Source of the DNA: an uncultured cyanobacterium
Lineage (GTDB): Bacteria > Cyanobacteriota > Cyanobacteriia > Cyanobacteriales > CAWCAG01
Direction of reading: 5' to 3'
NCBI GenBank assembly: GCA_963803805.1
Contig: CAWDOD010000010.1
Coordinates: 517,516 to 581,515, forward strand
Length of the DNA stretch: 64,000 nucleotides
Below, piece after piece: positions 7,771 to 20,541 of the stretch. The notes below the pieces were generated by a model, which searched no databases, was not told the origin of the DNA, and saw only the letters and a list, made by a program, of their open reading frames with translations. The translations under genes were made by a program, and so were the position numbers. Each line of letters begins with the position of its first letter. The stretch's first letter is position 1.

Positions 7771-10700
7771 ATGTCAACCAGTAATTCCTACATCAAGTTT
7801 TTGGCTTTGGAACAAGTAATTACCAAAAACCCCTTAACTGTAACTGCCAACACTCCTGTAAGAGAAACTATTTCTCAAATGCAAAGAGAGAAAGTTGGTT
7901 ATGCCTTGGTAGTGGAAAAACAACGCTTAGTAGGGATGTTTACAGAAAGCAACCTCCTACATACCATCGCCCACGATACAAATTTGGCGGGAGTTCCTGT
8001 AGCTTTGGTAATGACCCAACAGCCTTTTACCCTACTAGCTACAGAAAGTTACGATTTAAGTTCTTTACTAAGCTTATTTAATCAACGCCATATTGCCCAT
8101 CTGCCTATAGTGAATGAGGAAAATCAGGTAGTAGGCATTGTTACCCAAAACCATTTATTAAAACTATTAGAATCAAAGCAACATCTCCCTGAAATCGAGG
8201 AATTAGCCCAAGCCCCTCTGTTTGCCAGGGAAACCCAAGAGCAAATTTTAGAAAAAACCATTGCTGAGCTAAAGCAGCAGTTGGTGAAGGGAACTAAACA
8301 GCTAGAAGAGGCAAACAAAGCCAAAAATCAAGAAAGTTTTGAGCGCAAGTTACTAGAGCAAAAACTTCGCTCTAGTGAAGCGGAAATGCGGGCTGTCTTA
8401 GAAGCGATGACTGATATTGTTTTAGTTGTGGAACTTCCTGGACCTAATTTACAGGTAATGCCTACTAACTATGCTCATAACTACGAGCCAGGCGTAGATG
8501 TGATTAGCTCCACATTCAACCAATTTTTAACAGGGACTCAAGCAGAAACCTTTGCCTCTGCCATAAACAATTCCTTAAGCAGTAAAGAAACAGTCCATTT
8601 TGAGTACAACTTAAACTTAGGAGAAAAACAAGTTTGGTTTGCGGCTAGCATTTCGCCGATGTCAGAGCATTCTGTTATTTGGGTAGCGCGGGATATCACC
8701 TCAAGTAAAGAAGCCGCCGTCGCTTTAGAAGAAAGCGAAGCCAGGGTTCGCCTTTTTGTCGAATATACCCCAGCCGGAGTAGCCATGTTCGACAACCAGA
8801 TGCGCTATTTAGTTGCCTCTAACCGTTGGTTGCGGGATCATAACTTAGAACAACAAGAATTAGTGGGTTGCTCTTACTACGACATCTTCCCTGACACATC
8901 CCCAACCACCCAAGAAATCCATAATGCTTGTTTAGAAGGAGAAATTAAAAAATGTGAAGAAGAGGCTGTACTTCATGGTGATGGTTCCTTAGATTGGCTG
9001 AGATGGGAAATTCACCCTTGGGGTGATAATCACCAAGAAATTGGCGGGATCATAATGTTTTCCGAGGTGATTACAGAGCGTAAACAGGCTGAAATCGAAC
9101 TTCGAGACGCAGAATCTGGTATTCGTACCCTTTATGAAGTAACCTCCACACCAAAACTTAATTTAGACCAAAGACTGCAAAGACTTTTGGCCATGGGAAG
9201 AGAAAGATTTGGCTTAGAAATTGGCTTGCTATCCCAAATTGAAGGGGATGAATATCGCATTATTGCCTCCCAAATACCAGAAGGCTTCCCTTTCTCCATT
9301 CCCCCTGGTACAACCTTAGATATTCATCAAGTCTATTGTCATGAAACACTTTTAGCAGAAGAACCCATTGGTTTTGTGGCCGCCGGTCAATCTGAGTGGC
9401 GTAACCACAGGGCTTACGGAGGAATTTTCAGGCTCGAAGCCTATATTGGTGTAGGGATAGTAGTAAATGGCCAAATTTATGGAACCTTAAGCTTTTCTAG
9501 CCCCCAAACCAAGCTAACTCCTTTTAAAAACGGCGATCGCCAAATTCTCAAACTAATGGCTCAGTGGGTAGGTAATGAGATTGAGCGCTCTTGGGCCAAG
9601 GAAGCTTTAGAACAACAAATTAACCAAGCACACCTGCTCAAACGCATTACCACACAAATTCGCTCTACCCTCTCTAGCCAACAAATTTTTCAAACCACCG
9701 TTGATTTAATTGGTCAAACTTTTGGGGTGAATCGCTGCTTAATTTATAGTTATACAGCCCAAATTCAGCCGGAAGTTCCTTTAGTAGCAGAATATTTAGA
9801 AACAGGCTATAACTCCCTAGTCAATATCTCTTTACCAATAGAGGAGGAAATTTTAGCCCAAGATAAGGCCATAGCAATTAGGGATGTTTATGGTGGTGAG
9901 CTACCCGAAACCACTGCTCAAATTTATGACCAAGCAGATTTAAAATCCTTACTGGGAGTGCGTACATCCTACAATAGCCAACCCAACGGCATTATAGTTT
10001 TACATCAATGTGATCGCTTCCGTAATTGGAGTAGTGAAGAAATCAAATTACTGGAATCATTGGCAGATCAAGTCGGAATTGCCCTTACCCAAGCCCATTA
10101 CCTAGAACAAGAAAAGCAACAAGGTTCGCTACTGACAACGAAGAATTTAGAGTTAGAGAAAGCGAAAAAAGCCGCAGAAGCAGCTAATCGTTCCAAGAGC
10201 GAATTTCTGGCGATGATGAGCCACGAAATTCGTACCCCCATGAATGCCATCATTGGTATGACGGGTTTGTTATTGGATACAGAACTAGATTATCAGCAAG
10301 AAGATTTTGTTAATACTGTTCGCAACAGCAGTGATTCTCTCCTCACCATTATTAATGATATCCTCGACTTTTCTAAAATAGAATCGGGTAAGTTAGAGCT
10401 AGAAGAACAGCCTTTTAACCTCAGAGGTTGTATAGAATCGGCTTTAGATTTGGTTGCCTCCCAAGCAAGTGCCAAAGGATTGGAACTAGCTTATTTATTG
10501 GGACAACAAACCCCTTCTATGGTACGAGGAGACGTTACCCGTCTCAGACAGATTCTCACTAACTTGCTAAGTAATGCCGTTAAGTTTACCGAATCTGGCG
10601 AAGTAATTGTCTCTGTAGAAGCTGAGGTTTTAAAACAAGAGCAAGAACAAGCCTACCCCACCTGCGAAATTCACTTCTCAGTTAGGGACACAGGCATTGG

Positions 10701-12333
10701 CATCCCTACAGAAAGGTTAGAAAGATTGTTTAAACCCTTTAGCCAAGTTGATGCCTCCATGACCCGACAATATGGGGGTACTGGTTTGGGTTTAGCTATC
10801 AGTAAGCGTCTAAGCGAGTCTATGAAAGGGCAAATGTGGGTAGAAAGTAAAATAGGGGAAGGTTCCACTTTCCACTTCACAATCCAAGGAACTGCAACTC
10901 CTGATGAAGATTGGGTTAACCTAAAAATCCCTCAACCGGAGTTAAAAGATAAACGCTTGCTGATCGTGGATGATAACCAAACTAACCGTAAAATTCTCAC
11001 CATGCAAGCACGCTCTTGGGGCATGAAAATTAAGAGTGCAGAATCTGGTTTAGTAGCTTTAGAATGGCTCAAAGCCGGAGAGCAATTTGATTTAGCTATC
11101 CTTGATATGCAGATGCCGCAAATGGATGGTGTAACCTTAGCAGCAGAGATTCGGGCTTTACCAGACTATCAAGACTTACCTTTAGTTATGCTCAGTTCAG
11201 TGGGGCAACTTAGCCTCGAAGAAATTGGTGGTAGAGAGAGATTTGCCTCTTCTTTGAGTAAACCTATTAAACAAGCACAACTTTACGAAGCTTTAAATCG
11301 TATTGTGGCTTCTCAACCGATTCCCGTTAAAGTTGAAAATAGCCGTACCTCAACTCCAAAGTCCCTACTCAGCTCTCAATTTCCTCTCCGCATTCTTTTA
11401 GTTGAAGATGTTGTTGTTAATCAAAAGGTGGCCTTACTTTTGTTACAGCGTTTGGGCTATCGCGCTGATGTAGCCAATAACGGTATAGAAGCCATTGAAG
11501 CTTTACAACGCCAGTCCTACGATTTAGTCTTTATGGATGTACAAATGCCCCAAATGGACGGCTTAGAAGCTACTAGTCGCATTCGTAAGCGAATCCTTGC
11601 TGATAAGCAACCCTGGATTATTGCCATGACAGCCCATGCTATGAGGGGCGATCGCGAAGAGTGCCTTAATGCGGGTATGGATGATTATATTAGTAAGCCG
11701 GTGCGTACAGAAGATTTAGTCGAGATATTAACTAAGTATGGTAAAAAGCAGCAAGAAGAAGTTGAAAAAATTGAAGAGGTAAGTTTCTCAACGAATGGCT
11801 ACAATGAGGAATTATCTACACTACCTCCTCTTTCAGAAAACGATGAATTAGAAAACGATGAATCAGAGGAGCTAGAAGTCTTCACAACCTCATTATCCCA
11901 AACTAATGGTAATATTTCTCTTTTGGTTGGGGAGAATAATTTAGAAGAACCAGCAGAAGCTAATGCAACCCCTTTAGATGAGCAAGTACTTACTAGTTTA
12001 AAAAATCTTTTCAACACTGGAGAAGAAAATAGTTTCCAAGAAATTGTCGATAGTTATCTTGAAGATGCACCTTTAAGAATAGAATCAATCCGTTCAGCCT
12101 TAGCAACCAAAAACCTACTGAATTTAAGAGAATCTGCCCATGCTCTTAAATCCTTAAGTCTGACGGTAGGGGCTATATCTCTAGGGCGTATAGCTGGAGA
12201 AATTGAAATGATTGGCCGCATCGGTACTACCACCGGAGTAGAAAAACTACTAGAGCGACTCCAAGTTGAGTACCAAAGAGTAGTTGATGCCCTACAAAGA
12301 GAACACCTAGCCAACCCAAGCGACCATGATTGA
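7771..12333 (+). CDS. Hybrid sensor histidine kinase: CBS pair-PAS-PAS-GAF-GAF-HisKA-HATPase-REC-REC-Hpt
   Basis: H-box [37 protein letters not shown]; two REC domains (LDMQMP, MDVQMP); Hpt AHALKS. Confidence 0.93.
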   Translation: MSTSNSYIKFLALEQVITKNPLTVTANTPVRETISQMQREKVGYALVVEKQRLVGMFTESNLLHTIAHDTNLAGVPVALVMTQQPFTLLATESYDLSSLLSLFNQRHIAHLPIVNEENQVVGIVTQNHLLKLLESKQHLPEIEELAQAPLFARETQEQILEKTIAELKQQLVKGTKQLEEANKAKNQESFERKLLEQKLRSSEAEMRAVLEAMTDIVLVVELPGPNLQVMPTNYAHNYEPGVDVISSTFNQFLTGTQAETFASAINNSLSSKETVHFEYNLNLGEKQVWFAASISPMSEHSVIWVARDITSSKEAAVALEESEARVRLFVEYTPAGVAMFDNQMRYLVASNRWLRDHNLEQQELVGCSYYDIFPDTSPTTQEIHNACLEGEIKKCEEEAVLHGDGSLDWLRWEIHPWGDNHQEIGGIIMFSEVITERKQAEIELRDAESGIRTLYEVTSTPKLNLDQRLQRLLAMGRERFGLEIGLLSQIEGDEYRIIASQIPEGFPFSIPPGTTLDIHQVYCHETLLAEEPIGFVAAGQSEWRNHRAYGGIFRLEAYIGVGIVVNGQIYGTLSFSSPQTKLTPFKNGDRQILKLMAQWVGNEIERSWAKEALEQQINQAHLLKRITTQIRSTLSSQQIFQTTVDLIGQTFGVNRCLIYSYTAQIQPEVPLVAEYLETGYNSLVNISLPIEEEILAQDKAIAIRDVYGGELPETTAQIYDQADLKSLLGVRTSYNSQPNGIIVLHQCDRFRNWSSEEIKLLESLADQVGIALTQAHYLEQEKQQGSLLTTKNLELEKAKKAAEAANRSKSEFLAMMSHEIRTPMNAIIGMTGLLLDTELDYQQEDFVNTVRNSSDSLLTIINDILDFSKIESGKLELEEQPFNLRGCIESALDLVASQASAKGLELAYLLGQQTPSMVRGDVTRLRQILTNLLSNAVKFTESGEVIVSVEAEVLKQEQEQAYPTCEIHFSVRDTGIGIPTERLERLFKPFSQVDASMTRQYGGTGLGLAISKRLSESMKGQMWVESKIGEGSTFHFTIQGTATPDEDWVNLKIPQPELKDKRLLIVDDNQTNRKILTMQARSWGMKIKSAESGLVALEWLKAGEQFDLAILDMQMPQMDGVTLAAEIRALPDYQDLPLVMLSSVGQLSLEEIGGRERFASSLSKPIKQAQLYEALNRIVASQPIPVKVENSRTSTPKSLLSSQFPLRILLVEDVVVNQKVALLLLQRLGYRADVANNGIEAIEALQRQSYDLVFMDVQMPQMDGLEATSRIRKRILADKQPWIIAMTAHAMRGDREECLNAGMDDYISKPVRTEDLVEILTKYGKKQQEEVEKIEEVSFSTNGYNEELSTLPPLSENDELENDESEELEVFTTSLSQTNGNISLLVGENNLEEPAEANATPLDEQVLTSLKNLFNTGEENSFQEIVDSYLEDAPLRIESIRSALATKNLLNLRESAHALKSLSLTVGAISLGRIAGEIEMIGRIGTTTGVEKLLERLQVEYQRVVDALQREHLANPSDHD

Positions 12334-13336
12334 GCCTGAATTACGGAAAAAGTCTCCCTTAATTCTGATTGTAGATGATGAAAAAACCGTCAGAATGGTT
12401 TTGCGTCGAGCAATGGCTAAAGAGGGATATAAAATTATTGATGCTTGTGATGGGGAAGAGTGTCTAGAAATTTGTCTCAAACAACAACCGGATCTAGTTT
12501 TGTTAGATGCGATGATGCCAGGGATAGATGGCTTCACTTGCTGCGCTCAATTACATAAGTCATTGGGCAAAAATTGTCCCCCAGTACTGATGATCACGGC
12601 CTTAGATGATCAAACTTCTGTGGATTTAGCTTTTGATGTGGGGGCAACAGATTATATTACCAAACCAATTCACTGGGCTGTTTTACGACAGCGAGTTCGT
12701 CGCTTAATTCAAGCTTGGTGGCTGGTACAGGAGCTTAAGCTACAGATCGAAAAAGAAAAAATGCTCAGCGAAGAGTTAGAAGTTGCTAATCAAAAATTAC
12801 AGCGTCTTGCTAGTATAGACGGCTTAACTCAAATTGCTAATCGTCGCTGTTTTGATCAAACTTTCCATTACGAGTGGAAACGTATGACTAGACAAAAGCG
12901 ACCTTTATCTTTAATCCTCTGTGATGTAGATTTTTTTAAAGCTTACAACGATACTTATGGTCATTTAGCTGGGGACAAATGTTTGCTCAAAGTAGCTCAG
13001 ATCATTGAAGCTAATACTAAGCGTCCCGGAGATTTAGCTGCTCGCTATGGCGGAGAAGAGTTTGCGATTATTTTACCTAATACTGGAGGAGAGGGTGCTG
13101 TTAAAGTAGCAGAAAACATCAAACAACATCTGCATTCGTTAGCTATTCCCCATGTAAATTCCCAGATTAACAACTATATAACTCTTAGTTTCGGTATTGC
13201 GAGTACTATTCCTAATACCAATTGCTCTCCTGAAACCTTAATTAACCAAGCAGATAATGCTCTTTATGAAGCGAAAAGAAAGGGGAGAAATCGAGTTTGT
13301 TTCCAAACTTTGAGTATTGCTGGGTCGGAGGTTTAG
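12326..13336 (+). CDS. PleD-like response regulator diguanylate cyclase (REC-GGDEF)
   Basis: REC with LLDAMMP; intact RYGGEEF active site with RPGD I-site; overlaps the kinase stop. Confidence 0.93.
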   Translation: MIEPELRKKSPLILIVDDEKTVRMVLRRAMAKEGYKIIDACDGEECLEICLKQQPDLVLLDAMMPGIDGFTCCAQLHKSLGKNCPPVLMITALDDQTSVDLAFDVGATDYITKPIHWAVLRQRVRRLIQAWWLVQELKLQIEKEKMLSEELEVANQKLQRLASIDGLTQIANRRCFDQTFHYEWKRMTRQKRPLSLILCDVDFFKAYNDTYGHLAGDKCLLKVAQIIEANTKRPGDLAARYGGEEFAIILPNTGGEGAVKVAENIKQHLHSLAIPHVNSQINNYITLSFGIASTIPNTNCSPETLINQADNALYEAKRKGRNRVCFQTLSIAGSEV

Positions 13337-13440
13337 TTTTTAGGCAGGGTTAAGGGTTTGAGAATTGTCCGCTCGGTAAAATAGGGTTGACGAGCCAAAC
13401 TTGATATCATTAGGCAAAGAATAATCCTAAGCTCAAACCC

Positions 13441-15378
13441 ATGGCTAAAAGAAAGAAGCGTTCCAAACCTGCTGGTGGTTTTGTTACTAACACCCAAGCT
13501 CTAAAATCAGGCATCACTAGAGTAGAAAGATTCCTGGCTCAACAACAATGGCAAAAAGCAGAAGATTTATTAAGGGAATTGGAAGAACGTTTTCCTAATC
13601 GCCAAGAAGTACTATCAGCAAGAGTGAATTTTTGTTATCAACTAGGGGATATCAAAGCTTACGAGAAAGCAGCAGAGAAACTTTTGGCTGTTGACCCAAA
13701 AAATAAGGACGCAATGTTGGGTTTAGCCGGTGCTTATATGAATAATACTCGACCCTTAATGGCAATGGGGGCTTTTCAAGAATTCCTCAAAGTTTATCCC
13801 AATGATGAACGAGCTAAAGAAGTTAAGCAAACAGTATTTACCATAGAAAATACTCTCGACAAGCTCATCAAGGAAATGGGTTTATCAGGAGAAAATGGCC
13901 GCTCCTTGGCTTTATTACATGAGCAAGCCATGTCTGCATTAGAGGGAGGGGAATTACAAAAAGCTCGTCAACTAGAAGAACAGATCCTCCTTAGCAAACC
14001 GGATTTTGCTCCGGCAAACAACAATATTAGTCTTTCCTATTGGGCAGAAAATAATACTCCTAAAGCCATTGAGACTGCTCAAAATGTTCTAGATAAAGAT
14101 CCTGACAACTTCCATGCTTTAAGTAATCTTGGTCGGTTTTTGGTCTTAAACGGGCAGATGGAAGAAGCATTGCAGGTGGGGGAAAAGTTAAAACTAGTTG
14201 AACATGAGTCTGAGGATTTGCCCATTAAACAAGCAGAAGCCCTCTCTTATTTGGGGGATAACTCTGGAGTTATTGCCATTTATGAAAATACTGACCCCAA
14301 AAATTATATTCCTCTTTTACAACACTTAGCTGCTGTGGCTTATGTGAACCAGGGAGAAGCAAAAAAAGCAGTACAAATTTGGCAAGAAATTCTCCAGGAA
14401 TCTCCAGGATATGAACTGGCACAACAGAATTTAGCTAACCATAAAAAGCTCCCCAGTCAACGGCATCCCGCCTGGGCTTTTCCTGTAACTAACTGGATTA
14501 CTTCAGCTATGGTAACTGAGTTATTAGAACTGTTCCAACAAAAAGACAAAACTGATAGTGATAAAGCCCAAGTTTATTTACAAAAGCATCCAGAATTAGT
14601 TAAATTAATCCCTATTTTATTAGAGCGAGGTGACCCTTCTGCAAGACAGTTTGTTTTATATTTAGCTTCAATGGCCAAAACTCCAGAAATACTGGAAATA
14701 TTAAAAGATTTTGCCCTCAGTGATAAAGGACCAGATAGTATGCGCCAAGAAGCTGCTCAATTAGCCTCAGAAGCAGGGTTGATTCCAGCCGGAGAGGTGC
14801 GTATGTGGTTGCAAGGATCTTGGCAAGAAGTACTATTATTGGGGATGGAGATTCACGACGAACCCACCCAAAATCATGGTTCTAAGGTTAATAAAGCTTT
14901 GGGAGAAGCCATTACTTGTTTAAAAGCAGACGAGTTTAAGGAAGCTGAATCGATACTAAAAGAATGTTTAGAAAAAGAGCCGAATGCTGCTGATTTAATG
15001 TTCAATTTGAGCGTTGCTTACGAACAACAAGGACGTGAAAAAGAGGCTTTAGATTTAGTTGAACAGATTATTGAACAACATCCTGATTACGCCTTTGCCA
15101 GAATTGATTTAGCTAGAAGACATATGAAGGAAAAAGATTATGATGCCGCAGGAAAGTTACTAAAATCTATGTTGCAATGGAAAAGTTTCCATTACCAAGA
15201 ATTTTCCCTTTACTGTCAAACACAAATTGAATTTTTCTTAGCTCAAAATGAAAAAGGTAGCGCTCGTTCTTGGTTAGGTATGTGGCAAAGAGTGGAACCA
15301 GATCATCCTAATATTCCCTATTGGCAGCAGAAGTTAAGTAGTTCGACAAAACAGAAAAAGTGGATGATTAATCAATGA
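13441..15378 (+). CDS. Tetratricopeptide-repeat protein
   Basis: Multiple helical TPR-like repeats (A..L.P.N..A...LA). Confidence 0.75.
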   Translation: MAKRKKRSKPAGGFVTNTQALKSGITRVERFLAQQQWQKAEDLLRELEERFPNRQEVLSARVNFCYQLGDIKAYEKAAEKLLAVDPKNKDAMLGLAGAYMNNTRPLMAMGAFQEFLKVYPNDERAKEVKQTVFTIENTLDKLIKEMGLSGENGRSLALLHEQAMSALEGGELQKARQLEEQILLSKPDFAPANNNISLSYWAENNTPKAIETAQNVLDKDPDNFHALSNLGRFLVLNGQMEEALQVGEKLKLVEHESEDLPIKQAEALSYLGDNSGVIAIYENTDPKNYIPLLQHLAAVAYVNQGEAKKAVQIWQEILQESPGYELAQQNLANHKKLPSQRHPAWAFPVTNWITSAMVTELLELFQQKDKTDSDKAQVYLQKHPELVKLIPILLERGDPSARQFVLYLASMAKTPEILEILKDFALSDKGPDSMRQEAAQLASEAGLIPAGEVRMWLQGSWQEVLLLGMEIHDEPTQNHGSKVNKALGEAITCLKADEFKEAESILKECLEKEPNAADLMFNLSVAYEQQGREKEALDLVEQIIEQHPDYAFARIDLARRHMKEKDYDAAGKLLKSMLQWKSFHYQEFSLYCQTQIEFFLAQNEKGSARSWLGMWQRVEPDHPNIPYWQQKLSSSTKQKKWMINQ

Positions 15379-15452
15379 TCAATGATCAATGATGCCTAAC
15401 GGCAACGGCAAGCCTAATAGTTATTAATGATGTCAACGGCAACGGCAAGCTG
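15371..15452. repeat. ATCAATG heptamer run plus duplicated AACGGCAACGGCAAGC motif (short dispersed repeat; a related motif lies at about 52280-52315)
   Basis: Read directly from the sequence. Confidence 0.6.
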
Positions 15453-15490
15453 AATAATGATTATTGTTTTCTTAACTTTTGAATTGACTT

Positions 15491-16165
15491 ATGGCTAGCG
15501 GTGACCAAATTTATACAATCCGAGAATTTATTAATATTCAAGGAATCTACGAACATCACGGTATTGATTGTGGAGATGGTAGTGTCATTCACTACCGCAA
15601 AAGTAATGAAACTATTTCCCGCACTTCTATGGCTACTTTTACTCACGGGAAAAAAGTGTATGTCAAAATATACCAAACCTGCTACATTCCTGATGTGGTA
15701 GTACAAAGGGCAGAAAGTAGATTAGGAGAGCAAAAATATAATTTACTTTTTAATAATTGCGAACATTTTGCTACCTGGTGCAAAATTGGTAAAAATTATA
15801 GCCAGCAGGTTGAGGATTTTGTACCTGTTATCAGGCATATTAATCTTGATAGTTTATACCAACCCCTTAATCAAGCATTCCAAGAAGCCACAAAAGAGGA
15901 TGCACCCCAATTGTTGAATAAAGCTTTGGCGGATATTAAAGTAATTTGGGATCAGACTCAACCTGCTTATAAAGAAGCCATTAAGGAAATGAATGCTTGG
16001 CAGCAAGTAGCTAGAGAAGCGGTGAAAAGAAATCGAGAAGACTTGGCTAGAGAAGCAATTAAGCGGAAATTAAAATATTCTAAGCGTGCTGCTAAAGAAA
16101 AAGAAACCCTTGATAAACTAGCGAAGATGACAGAAACTTTATTGCGTAATCAAGCAAATATGTAA
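15491..16165 (+). CDS. LRAT/NC-domain protein with PspA/IM30-like C-terminal helix
   Basis: HHGIDCGDG.VIHY and YNLLFNNCEHFA catalytic motifs; C-terminus WQQVAREAVKRNREDLAREAI. Confidence 0.85.
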   Translation: MASGDQIYTIREFINIQGIYEHHGIDCGDGSVIHYRKSNETISRTSMATFTHGKKVYVKIYQTCYIPDVVVQRAESRLGEQKYNLLFNNCEHFATWCKIGKNYSQQVEDFVPVIRHINLDSLYQPLNQAFQEATKEDAPQLLNKALADIKVIWDQTQPAYKEAIKEMNAWQQVAREAVKRNREDLAREAIKRKLKYSKRAAKEKETLDKLAKMTETLLRNQANM

Positions 16166-16254
16166 GAAGATTGGCGAGAAACTTAACTTTCTGTTTTTGA
16201 CTCAAGTTGACTTCAAGCCTTAAGCTGTTAACAAACACTTATGATTTTATTTTC

Positions 16255-16575
16255 ATGGCTGAAGCTGAACATATCACAGATGAGCAATTAAACGAACTTC
16301 TAACTTCTGAACTCCCTTTAGTAGTAGATTGTACTGCCCCTTGGTGTGGCCCCTGTCGTCGAGTTGGGCCTTTGATTGACCAATTGGCAGGAGAATACGA
16401 AGGACGAGCTAATGTAACGAAACTAAATATTGATGAACATAAAGCTAGTGCTAGCAAGTATGGAGTTAAGAGTATTCCTGCGGTACTGATGTTTAAGGGT
16501 GGCGAGTTAGTAGAAAATTTAGTTGGTGTTGCTCCTTACGAAACCTTTAGTGAAGCCCTTGATAAACATATTTAG
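16255..16575 (+). CDS. Thioredoxin
   Basis: WCGPC active site, cis-Pro motif SIPA. Confidence 0.93.
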   Translation: MAEAEHITDEQLNELLTSELPLVVDCTAPWCGPCRRVGPLIDQLAGEYEGRANVTKLNIDEHKASASKYGVKSIPAVLMFKGGELVENLVGVAPYETFSEALDKHI

Positions 16576-16675
16576 AGAGAGCCAAGAAAAGACTTATCTA
16601 AAAGCGATAAGCTAATGGCTAGTTGCTAAAATCTTATACTTGGTGAGGATATTTTATTTATTGGAGTTCTCTTTA
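16573..16675 (+). mobile_element. MITE-like dispersed repeat, copy 1
   Basis: Near-identical to the reverse complement of 58698-58825. Confidence 0.8.
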
Positions 16676-16716
16676 AGGAAAATATAAGGTGATGATTAAA
16701 GCTCCAAGATATTATG

Positions 16717-16738
16717 TATGACTACCTCGGTAGTCATA
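16717..16738. terminator. Perfect inverted repeat between convergent trx and phoX
   Basis: TATGACTACC-TC-GGTAGTCATA. Confidence 0.45.
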
Positions 16739-16806
16739 ATTACATTGTGGTCAATCCAAAGTTAGGGGTTGAGTACGTAGGCTCGTTTATTTGCTAACAT
16801 TGCTAT

Positions 16807-18123
16807 TCACACAGAGCTTGTGACTTTCCACGGGCCCCAAATAGCTAAAGTAATACCCGGCTTTTGAATATTAACAAACATAGTTTCTCCATCAGGAGCA
16901 AAACAAACTCCTGCAAACTCGCTAAAATTGAGGGCATTGCTAGCAAACTTGTAGCATTGACCTTGGGGTGTAATTCCTACTAAAAACTGTTCCCTATAAC
17001 CATCTTCACAAACAATTAAATCCCCAAAAGGAGACATCACTAGGTTATCGGGATAATCCAAGACATCACCACCAGGAGATTCTACGAATAATTCGATTTG
17101 CTCTGTTTGAGGGCTATAGCGAAAAACTTGTCCCCTAGCAGCATTGCCTCCACTGGTACAGGTAAAATAAATTGCACCGTCGCTATAACAAATACCTTCC
17201 CCCCGTTTAAAAATGGCTGCACCCTTCTTTTGGGCTTCGTAACGTAAGGTATCCTGTTGGGGGTCTACATCATCAATTTTGACCCATGTCACAGCTTTAG
17301 GGATATCCATAGGGAAATTAGTACTGGTATCGATTTTTGGCATTCCTTGAATAACCAAAGCTTCTAAAACTCCTCCGGCTTCTAAATTTCCTTTCTCTTG
17401 GGGACGAAAGCGATAAAAACAACTATCATCTCGATCTTCAGTTTGATAAACGTAACTAGTTTCTGGATCTACGGCGATCGCTTCGTGGTTAAAGCGCCCC
17501 ATGGCTACTAACGGAGTAGGAGTTACCAACTGTTCTTGAGTTGCAGGTACTTCAAAATTATAACCGTGCTTGAATGCTACCTTAGCTGGTTTATTCTTCG
17601 TTGTGGCGGGGGTAGAAATATCTTCCTCGCAACTGATCCAAGAACCCCAGGGAGTTGGCCCTCCAGCGCAGTTACGGCTAGTACCAGCCAAGGAAGCAAA
17701 TTGTTTAATTACTTGGCGATCGCGGTTTAAAACCATGGTTGTAGTCCCCCCCTGACCCCAAGGATCATATTTTTGGGTTGCGGAGGCTTTCACTCCTTTT
17801 AGCTGATCGGGGCTAACTTCATGGTTGCGAATCAAAATAGTTGTGCCATCTTCCCCTGGAAATGCTGCCATACCATCAGGATCTTCTGGTGTAGTATTAC
17901 CATCACTCATTGGCTGCCCTGTTTTGGAAAGGATACGATACTGAAAACCTGGGGGCAGGTCTAAAATTTTCTGAGGATCTGGTTGTAGTGTGCCAAAGCC
18001 TTCGGTAACAAGAGAATCACCGCTTTGCCCTCTAGCATAAAGAGCCTTTAAAGGAGATGCCACCACGCAAGTTGCTGTAGTCGCCCCAGCAATAGCAAAA
18101 AATTTACGTCGTGATAAAGTCAC
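16807..18123 (-). CDS. phoX: PhoX-family (DUF839) alkaline phosphatase, Tat-exported
   Basis: SRRKF Tat motif; RNHE, NCAGGPTPWGSWISCEE, GRFNHEA, PDNL, CEDG motifs. Confidence 0.85.
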   Translation of the reverse strand: MTLSRRKFFAIAGATTATCVVASPLKALYARGQSGDSLVTEGFGTLQPDPQKILDLPPGFQYRILSKTGQPMSDGNTTPEDPDGMAAFPGEDGTTILIRNHEVSPDQLKGVKASATQKYDPWGQGGTTTMVLNRDRQVIKQFASLAGTSRNCAGGPTPWGSWISCEEDISTPATTKNKPAKVAFKHGYNFEVPATQEQLVTPTPLVAMGRFNHEAIAVDPETSYVYQTEDRDDSCFYRFRPQEKGNLEAGGVLEALVIQGMPKIDTSTNFPMDIPKAVTWVKIDDVDPQQDTLRYEAQKKGAAIFKRGEGICYSDGAIYFTCTSGGNAARGQVFRYSPQTEQIELFVESPGGDVLDYPDNLVMSPFGDLIVCEDGYREQFLVGITPQGQCYKFASNALNFSEFAGVCFAPDGETMFVNIQKPGITLAIWGPWKVTSSV

Positions 18124-18177
18124 AGTTTCCCTCTTGGTAGTTTTCAGTTTCTTTGATTTATACTAGATCGATTTTTA

Positions 18178-18213
18178 GTTACATAGGTTAAGGTTTTGGT
18201 TACATAGGTTAAG
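18178..18213 (-). promoter_or_regulatory. Pho-box-like direct repeat upstream of phoX
   Basis: 15-mer CTTAACCTATGTAAC (minus strand) twice with a 21-bp period; CTTAACCT matches the cyanobacterial SphR box PyTTAAPyPy(T/A). Confidence 0.6.
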
Positions 18214-18233
18214 AGAATAGGCAGCATGGGATA

Positions 18234-18265
18234 AAAAAAGGGGGCGTAACCTCAAGCTACACCCC
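18234..18265 (-). terminator. Probable intrinsic terminator of groESL
   Basis: GC-rich imperfect stem followed by a T7 tract on the minus strand, just after the groEL stop. Confidence 0.6.
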
Positions 18266-18298
18266 ACAGTAATTACCAATTAGTCATTAGCTAATAAA

Positions 18299-19951
<1,653 letters not shown>

Positions 19952-19971
19952 CTAAGTGTTTACTTTTAGAC

Positions 19972-20283
19972 CTAATCGACTACCGCGAGAATGTCTTTCT
20001 CCGAGAGAAGTACATAATCTTCGCCACCGAGTTTAATATCAGTTCCAGCATATTTAGAATAAAGAACTTGGTCGCCAACTTTGACATCCATTGGTACACG
20101 CTTACCATCGTTGTCTATTTTTCCAGGACCAACAGAAACAATTTCGCCAACTTGAGGCTTTTCTTTTGCGGAGTCGGGTAAGAAAATACCGCCACTGGTT
20201 TTCTCTTCAGCTACGTTGACTTTGACGAAAACGCGCTCCCCAAGGGGGCTAACGGTGGATACATTAATTGTTAAAGCTGCCAT
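19972..20283 (-). CDS. groES: Co-chaperonin GroES
   Basis: [30 protein letters not shown] at 20283 with GAGG RBS. Confidence 0.98.
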   Translation of the reverse strand: MAALTINVSTVSPLGERVFVKVNVAEEKTSGGIFLPDSAKEKPQVGEIVSVGPGKIDNDGKRVPMDVKVGDQVLYSKYAGTDIKLGGEDYVLLSEKDILAVVD

Positions 20284-20317
20284 ATAAACCTCATCTACGT
20301 TTTTGCGGTCGCTCAAA

Positions 20318-20344
20318 TTAGCACTCTCGACCTCTGAGTGCTAA
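20318..20344. promoter_or_regulatory. CIRCE element (HrcA operator)
   Basis: Perfect TTAGCACTC-N9-GAGTGCTAA. Confidence 0.97.
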
Positions 20345-20383
20345 TTTATCTAAATTTGGTTAACTATGGCAACTGTATTTTCA

Positions 20384-20399
20384 GTACGGTTTCCCGAAC
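20384..20399 (-). promoter_or_regulatory. K-box heat/light-responsive element of cyanobacterial groESL
   Basis: GTTCGG-GAAA-CCGTAC on the minus strand fits GTTCGG-NNAN-CCNNAC; upstream of CIRCE. Confidence 0.8.
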
Positions 20400-20541
20400 T
20401 AAAAATTATAGTAAATATGTATTTATGTTTTGCGATCGCTATAGCTTTCTATTAACTAACTCTAAGCATCTATTTGCAGGCACTGTACTATTATTGGTTT
20501 ATTTATAATCATCAGTTATCTTTGCGAGATAGGAAAATCTT

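Noticed and set aside
8124..12537. Several minus-strand ORFs inside the hybrid kinase and DGC
   Set aside because: Antisense shadow frames of long conserved genes
20284..20316. N-terminal extension of GroES in the ORF track
   Set aside because: ATG at 20283 has an RBS and gives the standard length; the extension lies in the 5' UTR next to CIRCE
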